Origin: Bacteriovoracaceae bacterium
Lineage (GTDB): Bacteria; Bdellovibrionota; Bacteriovoracia; Bacteriovoracales; Bacteriovoracaceae
NCBI GenBank assembly: GCA_048270185.1
Contig: JBLWTJ010000002.1
Location: 192,001-256,000, forward strand
Reading direction: 5' to 3'
DNA: 64,000 nucleotides
This document shows, piece after piece, positions 39,925 through 49,661 of the stretch (position 1 is its first letter; every line of letters begins with the position of its first letter). The position numbers and the translations under genes are program-made. The notes beneath the pieces are model-generated. The model was not told where the DNA came from. It saw nothing but the letters and a program-made list of their open reading frames with translations, and did no database searches.

Positions 39925-40565
39925 CGATCATCCCTTTCAAAAATTAATTCCAATTCTGGACGATAAACTTCAATCCCTAAATTAATCATCGAATTCCCAT
40001 GGCATAGGTCTAGGTCTTTTAAGTTCTTAATAGGACAGTTTGAAACAATTAATAATTCAAGTCTATCCTGCATACATAGTTGCCAGTTTGAAATCAGACT
40101 TAGAACTCTTCCTTCTTCAACAATTAGCGGTCTAACATTTTCTAGTGCAAGATTAATTTCATCACCAATTTTAAGGGCATAAAAGCTATTCTTATCAATT
40201 GATTCAACCGGAAGCTCAATCAGAATATTTTTTTCTAATACACCACGATATGAAAGTTCCACTTGCTCTTTCAAATAAAGACTCAAGTACTGGTCATAAG
40301 CGATTGAAAAATCATCTATCCCACCTAGATTATTTGCATATGTAAACTCTTTAACTTGTGAAACAATTCTCTTAGCTTGTTTTTGTCTATGAGATATTGC
40401 TTCGCAAGAAATAAACTTATCAGCAGATATAACATGACCAACATTATTGCTAATACTTCTTCTTGCATGCTTTAAGACATAGAGAAGGTTTTCATCAACA
40501 ATATTGGCCATACCAGATGTCATGCTAAATATAGTAAATAAAGAAATTACAATCGCTTTCAACAT
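39921..40565 (-). CDS. Secreted hypothetical protein
   Basis: Signal peptide GMA; GAGG RBS; 4 Cys. Confidence 0.7.
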   Translation of the reverse strand: MLKAIVISLFTIFSMTSGMANIVDENLLYVLKHARRSISNNVGHVISADKFISCEAISHRQKQAKRIVSQVKEFTYANNLGGIDDFSIAYDQYLSLYLKEQVELSYRGVLEKNILIELPVESIDKNSFYALKIGDEINLALENVRPLIVEEGRVLSLISNWQLCMQDRLELLIVSNCPIKNLKDLDLCHGNSMINLGIEVYRPELELIFERDDR

Positions 40566-40570
40566 GACCT

Positions 40571-42151
40571 CTATTCTTCAATAACAAAAGTTGCAGTACC
40601 GTAATGAGAGTATGCTCTCGTCTCTTTTACTTCTTCAGTACTTTTATAATTAAACTTTCTTAGAAACTCACTTGTTTGTGTTGCACTTCCAAATAATGAA
40701 TTCGAAAGATCAAGCGCCATTGCAGCATACTTACAGTAAACAGATGGACAGTCTTTACTCTTAAGCATATCTGAGCCTACAGACGCCCCGTTTCTTCTTG
40801 CTTCAGGAAGAGTGATTGCAGGGTTAGAACGAACATATCCTGTAGAGATTTCTTCAATAGTCTTAGCAACAAAGTCATTCATTATTTTACTCTTTTCTTC
40901 TTTCGAAAAATTATCTCTTGGGTCTTCTGAGTAGAAATGTACTTCTAAATTACCAGCAATATTTGTCGTCTCTGATATTGAGTTAATTGACTTTGTCTTA
41001 AATAAGCCACCTTTTGTCGTATGCTTCTTTACTTTCTTATAAATCTCACTCTTGTTATAAATAAGTCTGTAGTTATTATTAACAGCAAGGTTATACTTAT
41101 ACATTGAGTTAACATTGAAAACAGCAGTTAAATCTTTGTTAGCTTTTTCACCTTTTAGTAGCATGCAAGATGATAGTGCTGAAATATTAACACTACCACT
41201 TAAAGACTCACCGAAAACAATACTTCTAAATCCTGGCGTAACCTCATTGTCTTGATCCATAATTCCTGGAATACTAATATCTTTTTCAATTTCAGAAACT
41301 AGACCACCGATATCGTTAACAGCAAACTGAATCGAGTTATCAACAGGCATTCTCTGAAGATTAATTCCTCTATTATAACGCTTGAATTCATTAAGAAGTT
41401 CATAATGTTTATTTTCAAGTATAACTTTTACTGTCCCACCATTACGTGATCTCATATCAGCGAGGTCAGCATTCATTTTTTTAAGTAATACTGAAATTAC
41501 ATCAAGAGTATTTGATTCACGTGTCGTTAGTTCTTCAACTTGCATTTTAGTTGCGACTAATTGCTCATTTAAGCTTGTTTCCGCTTCAAAGAGACCTTCA
41601 AGTTTTGCATTAACCTGTGCCATCGAACTTTCAATTTTCACAAGTGTATTTTCTAATTGCATTATATTGTAACGATTTAGATCCTCATTCTTTTTCAAAG
41701 CTACAATTTGAGTTTCAACTAGAACTTTCTTACCCTGAAGATCTATTTTCTTCTCTAGCAACTTAATACGAGACACAGTGTATTTCTGTAGACTTGTATT
41801 CGTACGAACAAGAGTTTGCATTAAAAGCTTTAATTGTCTTTTCTCATAAACAGAAAGCTCTGCACTATCTTGAATTTGATCAATCTCTTTACTGTATTGA
41901 TCTAACAATAAGTAAACACCTTCACACTCTGCTTCCGTTACGAGAGAATTGAATGCATCCACTCTCACAGTATTTGTTTTTGGGGGAAGAACATAGGCAG
42001 TCTTACAAGACTGATCCCAAAAATACCCCGTCGATCCTTTTGGTTCACGTATCTTTTGTGAATCACACTTCGTATACTTATTTGGAATATTGGCCAATAC
42101 TGGAGCAGATATTAAAAATGCTGCCACTGCCATCTTTTTACTAAAATTCAT
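40571..42151 (-). CDS. Secreted hypothetical protein with long coiled coil (paralog of 43187..44617)
   Basis: Signal peptide; DQSCKTAYVLPP; heptad-rich middle; GESLSG; KGGLFKTKS. Confidence 0.8.
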   Translation of the reverse strand: MNFSKKMAVAAFLISAPVLANIPNKYTKCDSQKIREPKGSTGYFWDQSCKTAYVLPPKTNTVRVDAFNSLVTEAECEGVYLLLDQYSKEIDQIQDSAELSVYEKRQLKLLMQTLVRTNTSLQKYTVSRIKLLEKKIDLQGKKVLVETQIVALKKNEDLNRYNIMQLENTLVKIESSMAQVNAKLEGLFEAETSLNEQLVATKMQVEELTTRESNTLDVISVLLKKMNADLADMRSRNGGTVKVILENKHYELLNEFKRYNRGINLQRMPVDNSIQFAVNDIGGLVSEIEKDISIPGIMDQDNEVTPGFRSIVFGESLSGSVNISALSSCMLLKGEKANKDLTAVFNVNSMYKYNLAVNNNYRLIYNKSEIYKKVKKHTTKGGLFKTKSINSISETTNIAGNLEVHFYSEDPRDNFSKEEKSKIMNDFVAKTIEEISTGYVRSNPAITLPEARRNGASVGSDMLKSKDCPSVYCKYAAMALDLSNSLFGSATQTSEFLRKFNYKSTEEVKETRAYSHYGTATFVIEE

Positions 42152-43187
42152 AACTCACCTCTCCTATTTCAACTTTATTTATAATTGTTTTAAATTTGAT
42201 TCCCATTCCAGGAGTAACTTTTTTATCTGAGTACTTTCTAACTACTGATTCGATAAAACTTGGAGTTAAATCATTGAATCCAAATTTTCCATTCTGCTCA
42301 AAAAAGCTCCTATAGAAATCGAGTCTTCCTTTCTCTCCAAAACGATTAAGTATATCTCCTTTGAATAGAGCTCTTTCGCCTTTCATCATTTCAGCAGTTT
42401 TAAAGCCTGCCTCAAACATATTTTTTGGAGATGTTAGTTCATTTAGTTTCTTAAGTTTATTTCCATAAGACTCAACATCTTCAGACTTAATCCAATCTGT
42501 AACAACTGTTTGACTAAAGTGCTTCCCGCTAACATTGAATGCTAACTCAACATCTTTTTCAGCAATGTCACAGGCTAATTCAAAAAGAGAAGTATCAAAT
42601 TGAACTTTTCCTATTTTTAAATCATCAGCAGTTCTTGCATAAAAGTAATCTTCATCAAATCTCTTAAGATATACATTTAAGTAACTCTCAGGAAATAATT
42701 TCAGAATCGCACTATTCTTCACTTCAACATCAAAGAAAGATTCATTAAAACTAACCTGATTATTAATCCTCGAAAGAACAGATTCCGGATTAACGTTTAC
42801 ACTTAAAGCAAGTCTCTTCAAGAACCCGACAGAAGCGAAGCGTTCTCCATATGGATAAATAACCACTTTATTCTTTCCTAGTTCATAAGAGTTTGTTTCT
42901 CCAGAAAGAGTAAAAGGTTCTAAAATCTCACGACGAATTTGTGCAAATTCTTTCGCATCCATTTTAGATACATCTCTAAATCTTAGCTCCTTCTTATAAA
43001 GACCTTTAATTTTTCGACATAACTTCTTTTCTAGTGTAATGCTATCAACTACAATTTTCGATTCATACTCATTAGCAAACTCTAGATTTAAATTATTATT
43101 ATGATCTTTTTTAAATTCATAACCATCGACACTGATCACATTGGCAATTGCCGCTAGGTTCAGAAGAGTTAATAAAAGTGCTCTCAT
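42141..43187 (-). CDS. Secreted hypothetical protein
   Basis: Signal peptide AIA; overlaps both neighbours. Confidence 0.75.
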   Translation of the reverse strand: MRALLLTLLNLAAIANVISVDGYEFKKDHNNNLNLEFANEYESKIVVDSITLEKKLCRKIKGLYKKELRFRDVSKMDAKEFAQIRREILEPFTLSGETNSYELGKNKVVIYPYGERFASVGFLKRLALSVNVNPESVLSRINNQVSFNESFFDVEVKNSAILKLFPESYLNVYLKRFDEDYFYARTADDLKIGKVQFDTSLFELACDIAEKDVELAFNVSGKHFSQTVVTDWIKSEDVESYGNKLKKLNELTSPKNMFEAGFKTAEMMKGERALFKGDILNRFGEKGRLDFYRSFFEQNGKFGFNDLTPSFIESVVRKYSDKKVTPGMGIKFKTIINKVEIGEVSYEF

Positions 43188-44617
43188 TATTTACTCTCCT
43201 TTACAAATCCCATCGTTGTAATTCTAAGAACAGTTTTAATAAGCTCTGATTTCTCATTATATGAGTAAGCAAAATTCTTCGCACTTGTTTGAATTAACTC
43301 CCCTCTACCTTCGACTGCAACTTTCACAGTATAGCTTTGGTCCCAACACTTACGACTTTTTCTAAAAAAACTTCTCTTTGTACGACAAATTCTCTGAGTT
43401 CTCGTTTGCTTAATATGTGGATCATTTGGAATATCAAGATCTTTAATAATAAGCTTACTATCTGTTGGTGTGGCAATTGTTGAGATTAGCTTTAAAACGA
43501 TATCATCTAGAATTAAGCCTTTTAAATCTTGAATCTCTTCGTATAGTTCACCCGACGTTCCTGCTGAATCTTCATCCTGGATCGTAATATCAATTGACTG
43601 ATCTAAATTTGAACTTTCAAAAAGATCAACAACTTCTGAAACCTTAAATGTATTCTTTGTTTTAGTTAGTTTATTTAATTCATTTATTACTTTATCGACT
43701 TTTACTTTTACCGAGTACTTCTTACTCAACTCTACTGGATACCATATTGTTGAGTTAGCAACCAAGTAAGTTGATAAATTTGAATTAAGCGCCTCTCTCT
43801 TAGCGCTATCTAATGTAAACGCTTCACCATTTTTCTTCTTTAGAATATTTACGATAGGACACACACCAGACATATTAAGTTGAATAAATCCTGTTAAACT
43901 CTCTCCCATTGCAAAAGTGTTCTCACTTTCAGCTGCAGCATAACCAATTCTTTCAGAAATATTTTCAAGACTTGAAAGCTTTACTCCTGGTACATTAAAA
44001 GAATGAAGAGCACCTGTACTACTAAGTCCAATTAAGTCATCTTCTGACTTTAGTCTCACACTTAGAGCATTTGCAACAAGAGGCATCTTCTTAATTGTAA
44101 GCCCTCGGCCAGTGTTTGCTTCACGGTATGCATTTACTAGTTCAGTCCACTCGTGTTCAAAGTGTGCCTTACCTTCAAAGATAACCATCTTAGAAAATTG
44201 ATCCTTCTCCATCTTTGCTTGAGGCAAGGCCTTATTTATATAAGTAAGAATATTCATTTCAGAATCAGTTAGAGTTGCAATACGAGATTCTAAATCACGT
44301 TGTGTTTCAACAAGATTCTTCACGCGATTAAGTGATGTCGTATAAGAAGAACATAAGTTACTTTCTGCAAGAATATTATATGAGTCAAAACGAGCAATCC
44401 CATTTCTTGGAGGTAAGACAAATACTGTCTTACATGACTTATCTGTTAAGTAATCAGAAGAGTGAGATGCCACTGCTCCACCTGCACCAGGTTTTACAAT
44501 TGCCAGATTACATTCTTCAGTATTTCCCTCATAAGGAAAGTTTGCAAAACCAAATTGCCCAATAACTAAAGAACTTAGAAGCAGGCCTTTCTTTAAAAAT
44601 TCATAATAAGTATTCAT
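43187..44617 (-). CDS. Secreted hypothetical protein (paralog of 40571..42151)
   Basis: Signal peptide GFA; DKSCKTVFVLPP; GESLTG; GGGAG RBS. Confidence 0.8.
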   Translation of the reverse strand: MNTYYEFLKKGLLLSSLVIGQFGFANFPYEGNTEECNLAIVKPGAGGAVASHSSDYLTDKSCKTVFVLPPRNGIARFDSYNILAESNLCSSYTTSLNRVKNLVETQRDLESRIATLTDSEMNILTYINKALPQAKMEKDQFSKMVIFEGKAHFEHEWTELVNAYREANTGRGLTIKKMPLVANALSVRLKSEDDLIGLSSTGALHSFNVPGVKLSSLENISERIGYAAAESENTFAMGESLTGFIQLNMSGVCPIVNILKKKNGEAFTLDSAKREALNSNLSTYLVANSTIWYPVELSKKYSVKVKVDKVINELNKLTKTKNTFKVSEVVDLFESSNLDQSIDITIQDEDSAGTSGELYEEIQDLKGLILDDIVLKLISTIATPTDSKLIIKDLDIPNDPHIKQTRTQRICRTKRSFFRKSRKCWDQSYTVKVAVEGRGELIQTSAKNFAYSYNEKSELIKTVLRITTMGFVKESK

Positions 44618-44668
44618 ATTTATCTCCCTAGCAATTATTTGCTCTCATTTATTTAGTGACTTGTTAAA

Positions 44669-44685
44669 AGCAGGGAGTGTGCCAA
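44669..44685 (-). promoter_or_regulatory. Sigma-54 (-24/-12) promoter for leftward operon
   Basis: Minus strand TTGGCAC-ACTCC-CTGCT: GG-N10-GC spacing exact, ~50 nt above ATG 44617. Confidence 0.75.
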
Positions 44686-44734
44686 TTTTTTAATTAGTTA
44701 AATGATTGAAACTATGTAAGTTTGAATCTCAAGC

Positions 44735-44786
44735 CAGTCCTTTTCAGACCAAATAAGTCCAAAATAATCTAGTCGACCAAGACTGA
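44735..44786. promoter_or_regulatory. Candidate enhancer (UAS) palindromes between divergent promoters
   Basis: CAGTC-N7-GACC at 44735-44750 and AGTC-N6-GACT at 44772-44785. Confidence 0.45.
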
Positions 44787-44820
44787 TTATGTAATTTTAA
44801 TAGTTTAGAACATTTCTTTC

Positions 44821-44837
44821 TTGGCACTCAGATTGAA
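44821..44837 (+). promoter_or_regulatory. Sigma-54 (-24/-12) promoter variant for rightward operon
   Basis: TTGGCAC-TCAGA-TTGAA: perfect -24, TTGA instead of TTGC at -12; ~40 nt above ATG 44879. Confidence 0.6.
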
Positions 44838-44878
44838 TAGATAAGCTTACTAATTATGATTAATTCGAGGAGAAAGAT

Positions 44879-45757
44879 ATGAAGACTAAATTTATGAGTA
44901 TATTATTGGCCACAAGTTGCCTCTTAGTACTAGGCCAAGTTCATGCTATAACTTTCACAAAAACTGAGGCTAGAAAAGTTTGTAAAGAGATAAGAGATAG
45001 CCAGATCAGTCAGACATCACAGTGTAATTCTGATGTAAATACTAACTACAATATCATTGAAGAACTTACTAAAAGCTACCTTCATGGCCTTGACCTTTTA
45101 GATGAACGACAAAAAGAGGCCCTCCAATACCTAGAGTATAACTCACAGGCCCAAGGTGAATATCTTGAATTATCAAAGTCGAAAATTGAACTAACGGATC
45201 AGTTAAAAGGCCTTGAGGAAAATATTCAATCAACTTTTGAGTACTATAACAAGTTGATTGAAGGTATTTCACCAAACTTCTCTAATCGCTATGCCACAGA
45301 ACTTCTACAACAATATTCAAAAGAGAAGAAAACAAGAGTAAGCCGCCTAGAGAGCGAAAGAGAATCTCTAAGTTCTCGCCTTACTTCAATTAGAGAAAGG
45401 CTTGCACAACTTAATATTGAACTTGCTCCATATCGTGAAATTATCAATCAATACAACTTACAGATAAGTGAAATAAAGTCACAAACTCAGCAAATTCTAA
45501 AAAGACTTGAAGAAAATAAACAAACAAATAGGAGTCATGATACGACAGGATTCATTGGAAGATCCCTATTTGACTTTGGCCATGGAGATGACTTTGATAT
45601 GCAAGCATGTATAAGTTTGCATATGTCTCTTAACAAGTTACCTGAGTTTGATTTACCACGTCTGCCTAATATACCAAGAGGCCCTTGGGGAACAGATGGA
45701 CCTGGCATCAATAACCCTTATGTGAAATCTTTACAAAAAGAATCATATTCTAGGTAG
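44879..45757 (+). CDS. Secreted coiled-coil protein with Pro/Gly-rich tail
   Basis: GAGGAG RBS; signal peptide VHA; long heptad region; Cys at both ends. Confidence 0.75.
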   Translation: MKTKFMSILLATSCLLVLGQVHAITFTKTEARKVCKEIRDSQISQTSQCNSDVNTNYNIIEELTKSYLHGLDLLDERQKEALQYLEYNSQAQGEYLELSKSKIELTDQLKGLEENIQSTFEYYNKLIEGISPNFSNRYATELLQQYSKEKKTRVSRLESERESLSSRLTSIRERLAQLNIELAPYREIINQYNLQISEIKSQTQQILKRLEENKQTNRSHDTTGFIGRSLFDFGHGDDFDMQACISLHMSLNKLPEFDLPRLPNIPRGPWGTDGPGINNPYVKSLQKESYSR

Positions 45758-45836
45758 TTAGAGATGACGTGAGAAAAAAGAAATTCAAACGATTATTAAT
45801 TTATGATAACAATAATTAAAATTTAATGAGGGATAT

Positions 45837-46247
45837 ATGAAAGATAAAACAATTATCGGACTAGCAATTCTAACAGCAACTTTTGGAGCTCATGCGCAAG
45901 ATGCTGATACACAGAATAAAGATGATAAGTCTAAAGACTTAAAACAAATCTATACCCAACAAGAAGACTTAACAGTTGATGAAGAAGTCGAAATTAAAAT
46001 TCTCGAGCACCTTGAAGAGCAAGGTATCTTAATTGAAGACCTTACAATCCAAGAGATTGAAGAACTTCAGATCCTAATGAAGAAAATTGTACTTAGAGAT
46101 CGCTTGCTAATAAATTCAAGTATTCGTTGTATGATAAGCCCAGATGCTGCAAGCACTAATATTAGATGTCTTAGTGCAGAAAGAAAACTCGAAGAGAAAT
46201 TAAAAGAGCAGCTAAATCAAATCAATCAAAGCTTTAACCGCCGCTAA
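45837..46247 (+). CDS. Putative RiPP precursor with Sec signal peptide, acidic leader and two IRC repeats
   Basis: GAGG RBS; AHA signal cleavage; EDLTIQEIEEL; NSSIRCMIS and STNIRCLS; immediately upstream of YcaO. Confidence 0.65.
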   Translation: MKDKTIIGLAILTATFGAHAQDADTQNKDDKSKDLKQIYTQQEDLTVDEEVEIKILEHLEEQGILIEDLTIQEIEELQILMKKIVLRDRLLINSSIRCMISPDAASTNIRCLSAERKLEEKLKEQLNQINQSFNRR

Positions 46248-46256
46248 TTAGTATTA

Positions 46257-47426
46257 ATGAAAATATTAAATCAAAGAGAGTCTCTTGATGGCCTTGTCGA
46301 CAGATTTGCAATCCAAGGCCAGGCTCTTTCTGATGATACAATTCTCAATATAAAAGAATTCCTAAATAACAATACCGATAGACTTACAATTGAAAGAGTT
46401 ATTTCGGATTTAATACCTCACGACTACTATCTGACACGAACATCATGTTACTATCATGGTACACAAATAAATGGTTTTTCACTCTCACATAAAGAAGAGC
46501 CTCACAAATCACTGCTTGAAGCCTATGAGAGGTACTTATTTTTAAACTTAGCTCTACTTGCAGATATTAATAATGAATCAAACAATGCATCTTCATACCT
46601 AAAATTGCTTAATGTTGAATCGATGGATCTCTCAAAGACGAATGTCATCAATTTAAACTCGCTAGAGGAAGTTAGTCTTGAACGCTATTTACTTGGTCTT
46701 CAATCAAATTTCTCATCCTTTACTTCAAATGGATGTGCAGTACATACATCAGTACTAAACTCAACCAAGGCATCGATCTTCGAATTATTAGAAAACCATA
46801 TCATTCAAGAGCATATCATGCTTGATATAGCACCAGTTGAAGTCCATGTAGACGAGCTTATCCCCACTTCAATTTCAGCGAAACTTAATGAGCATGGATT
46901 TGAGATAAAGACCCTTTGCTTTACAAATGGCCAATGGCCTACTTTTTTAACGTTCATTCTTAATAAAGACTTAACAGGTCCCTATCTATTCTACGGCATT
47001 GGCTGCCATGAAGATTTAGATCAAGGTTTACAAAAATCAATTAGAGAAGCTTTCATGTGTTGGTGTATCGAGCTTCCTCAGATTAGCGCATTAGATGAAG
47101 TCGACTTAGGACACGATATCTCTAAGTCATCAAAATTCTATCATTATCAAAATAGTGAAGTCATGCAAAAGGCATGGTTTGGTATGCCTATTAAAAGTAT
47201 TGAAGAGATTAAACTTCAATACCCAACCCAAAAGTTAGCGGCCGTTATTAAAGAAATGGACTTTTTAATTCTGCCAATTCTGGCCCAAGGAGAAAAAGGA
47301 CAAACCATTGTTTTTACAAAGGTTTTTTCTTGTAAAAATCACCCAAAATCCTACTCAACTCCCCCCTATCTACGAATTCATGATACATTAAATAATATTG
47401 ATAAATTAAAAAATTACCCTTTCTAA
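46257..47426 (+). CDS. YcaO-family cyclodehydratase (standalone, divergent)
   Basis: LEAYERY, FTSNGCAVH...SIFELLENH, YGIGCH.....QKSIREA; C-terminal YPF. Confidence 0.8.
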   Translation: MKILNQRESLDGLVDRFAIQGQALSDDTILNIKEFLNNNTDRLTIERVISDLIPHDYYLTRTSCYYHGTQINGFSLSHKEEPHKSLLEAYERYLFLNLALLADINNESNNASSYLKLLNVESMDLSKTNVINLNSLEEVSLERYLLGLQSNFSSFTSNGCAVHTSVLNSTKASIFELLENHIIQEHIMLDIAPVEVHVDELIPTSISAKLNEHGFEIKTLCFTNGQWPTFLTFILNKDLTGPYLFYGIGCHEDLDQGLQKSIREAFMCWCIELPQISALDEVDLGHDISKSSKFYHYQNSEVMQKAWFGMPIKSIEEIKLQYPTQKLAAVIKEMDFLILPILAQGEKGQTIVFTKVFSCKNHPKSYSTPPYLRIHDTLNNIDKLKNYPF

Positions 47427-48272
47427 GTGAGAGATATGAAAGTTGGAAGTATATTAAAGTATAGCAACACAGAGCTATCCTTAGTTGAAAAATTACCTTC
47501 TGGTTTAAATAAGCTAGTATGGTCTAAGGACACTCAGCTACTGATCTTTGACCAAGAAGACAATTATCTTCTACTGAATCCAAGAGAAGTTTCTGGTATG
47601 AGACTTTTTATTGAAGGTCAAAAAACGACACTAATTAAACTATTAAAAGACCAAACTCTTTGCTATCTCATTCAAGGTATTGCTAAAAGCTTCCAATGTC
47701 GATTTATACAAATCCAATCAGAGCAGCTTGATTTAAAAGATCACCTTGATAATGGCTTCTACTTTTCAAATATTATATTAAAAAAAGATTTATCTAAACC
47801 AATCGAAGAAATCAGTTCATCACTAATTGAGAGAAAACTCGATAAAAAATATCAAAATGAGTATGCTTTAAATGAATTTATGACGAGAGTGTCAATTCCA
47901 GGTGGAACACATTACAAGGATGATTTCTACACACTGATTAAGGCAGAGTATAAGGAACTAATCGAACTCGATATCGATGGACTAGACTTTATTGAGTATT
48001 CTTTAAAGGAATATGGCCATGATACATATTATATATGGATGATTAACCACCATACCAAAACTGCTCTACGATGTTTTTCATGGGTGGCACCAAAACTTAG
48101 AGGACAAAGTATATCGAGTCGTGCAAATGAAGAAATCAATAAGAGCTTATATGCTAAAGGCGTTAAGCAATGTCTATCATTTACATCTTTCACAAATATA
48201 GCACAGGTAAGAAGTAGTTTAAAAGCTGGCTACAAGTTAGACCGAATTGTTATTTTAAAAGAGGTTAACTAA
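47427..48272 (+). CDS. GNAT-domain acyltransferase
   Basis: C-terminal WVAPKLRGQSIS (motif A) and NIAQVRSSLKAGY (motif B). Confidence 0.7.
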   Translation: MRDMKVGSILKYSNTELSLVEKLPSGLNKLVWSKDTQLLIFDQEDNYLLLNPREVSGMRLFIEGQKTTLIKLLKDQTLCYLIQGIAKSFQCRFIQIQSEQLDLKDHLDNGFYFSNIILKKDLSKPIEEISSSLIERKLDKKYQNEYALNEFMTRVSIPGGTHYKDDFYTLIKAEYKELIELDIDGLDFIEYSLKEYGHDTYYIWMINHHTKTALRCFSWVAPKLRGQSISSRANEEINKSLYAKGVKQCLSFTSFTNIAQVRSSLKAGYKLDRIVILKEVN

Positions 48273-49660
48273 TGAGTCGTTTAATTCTATCAACTTTACT
48301 CATTCTTATTTCAATTAATACTCTTTCTAAAGATATCTACTTAAAAAGTGATATTAAAATTACCGGATTTGACCCAGCAACCCTAAAGTATGCAGAGGAA
48401 TGGGAGTTATCCCCAACTGTATATGAGACACTAATTAAACCAATTGCCTCAGAAGGTTTCCTTAGGCCTTCTCTTGCTGAAAGTTGGAAATACAAGAGCG
48501 GAACACTAAAGTTCAACCTTAGAAAAGAAACAAGATTTTCTAACGGTGACCCAATCAATGCCAAGGCAGTTAAAGAGTCATTCCTACGTTACTTACTACT
48601 TGATAAGAACAAGGAATCTATTCTTTACAATTGTTTAAAAGAGGCAAAGAATATTAAATCAATCACTGAATCTCATCCTTCTATTACGATTCAATCGGAA
48701 TATAATATTTCTTTTAAAATTAAAGAAGACTGTAAGGATACTTTTCTAAAAGAGATCGCTCAACCGATATACGGTATTGTCTACACAAAGAACTTAAAAA
48801 AGGACCTTTCATTAACTACTCCTTCGATTGTATCAGGAGCTTTTAACTATAAATTAAATAACGATGATCTTATCCTGTATCGTAACAGCAATAACTGGGC
48901 ATGGTTTGAGAATAAATCCAAATTACAAAAGATTATTGTCTCAAAGAATAGAAGTAAGAATACGAATGTTTTAAGAACAGGCTCTATTGAAGTATTCAAT
49001 GAACTGCAAGAGTCAAATCAAGATTTCATTCTTAGTCTTCCAAATATCACTTGGTATCTAACATACGAATGTAAGAACGATTGTGACCTAAAGAAATCAA
49101 TAATAGATGAACTAAAATATAATCTACCAAAAATCATTAAAGAAAAGAGCTATTCAAATGTTTTCAATACACCAGCAGATTCTTTCTTTCCAGCAAGTTT
49201 TAACTGCCCATCAAAAGAGGTTAAAAAGGTTGCTATAAAGAAAAAGGGAATATGTCTTAAACTTGACTACGGATCGAGAAGAACAAATGAAGCTGTCATG
49301 GGATTCACTGATAAAGCATTAAATGATCTCGGTTATAAAACTAATAACTGTGAGAATCCAAAGGTTTTCAAAATATACCCACAATTTCTCCATGATGAGA
49401 TTATACCAACATTAGATTTCTTGGCCAATACAGTCATGTCAATCAACAATATTGTAGAGATCAACAAGTATCTTCCAAATCAAAACAATAAAGTTACCTA
49501 CAATCGAGGAAGGCTATGCACAGAGTTCAGTAAGTTAAACTTTACTCCACTCTATCACTCACGCATTGCTTTTTTCTATTCAGATAAACCACTAAAGAAA
49601 ATATTCTTTAAAAGCGGTGGATATATTAGTTTAATTGATCTGCCATTTGTTGAGTTTTAA
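48272..49660 (+). CDS. Orphan family-5 (OppA/DppA-like) solute-binding protein
   Basis: Signal peptide; DPA, VYETLI, PSLAESW, FNLRK..FSNGDPINAKAVKESF. Confidence 0.8.
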   Translation: MSRLILSTLLILISINTLSKDIYLKSDIKITGFDPATLKYAEEWELSPTVYETLIKPIASEGFLRPSLAESWKYKSGTLKFNLRKETRFSNGDPINAKAVKESFLRYLLLDKNKESILYNCLKEAKNIKSITESHPSITIQSEYNISFKIKEDCKDTFLKEIAQPIYGIVYTKNLKKDLSLTTPSIVSGAFNYKLNNDDLILYRNSNNWAWFENKSKLQKIIVSKNRSKNTNVLRTGSIEVFNELQESNQDFILSLPNITWYLTYECKNDCDLKKSIIDELKYNLPKIIKEKSYSNVFNTPADSFFPASFNCPSKEVKKVAIKKKGICLKLDYGSRRTNEAVMGFTDKALNDLGYKTNNCENPKVFKIYPQFLHDEIIPTLDFLANTVMSINNIVEINKYLPNQNNKVTYNRGRLCTEFSKLNFTPLYHSRIAFFYSDKPLKKIFFKSGGYISLIDLPFVEF

Positions 49661-49661
49661 T

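Noticed and set aside
48272..49660. Oligopeptide ABC uptake system
   Set aside because: No permease or ATPase genes nearby; only the binding protein is present
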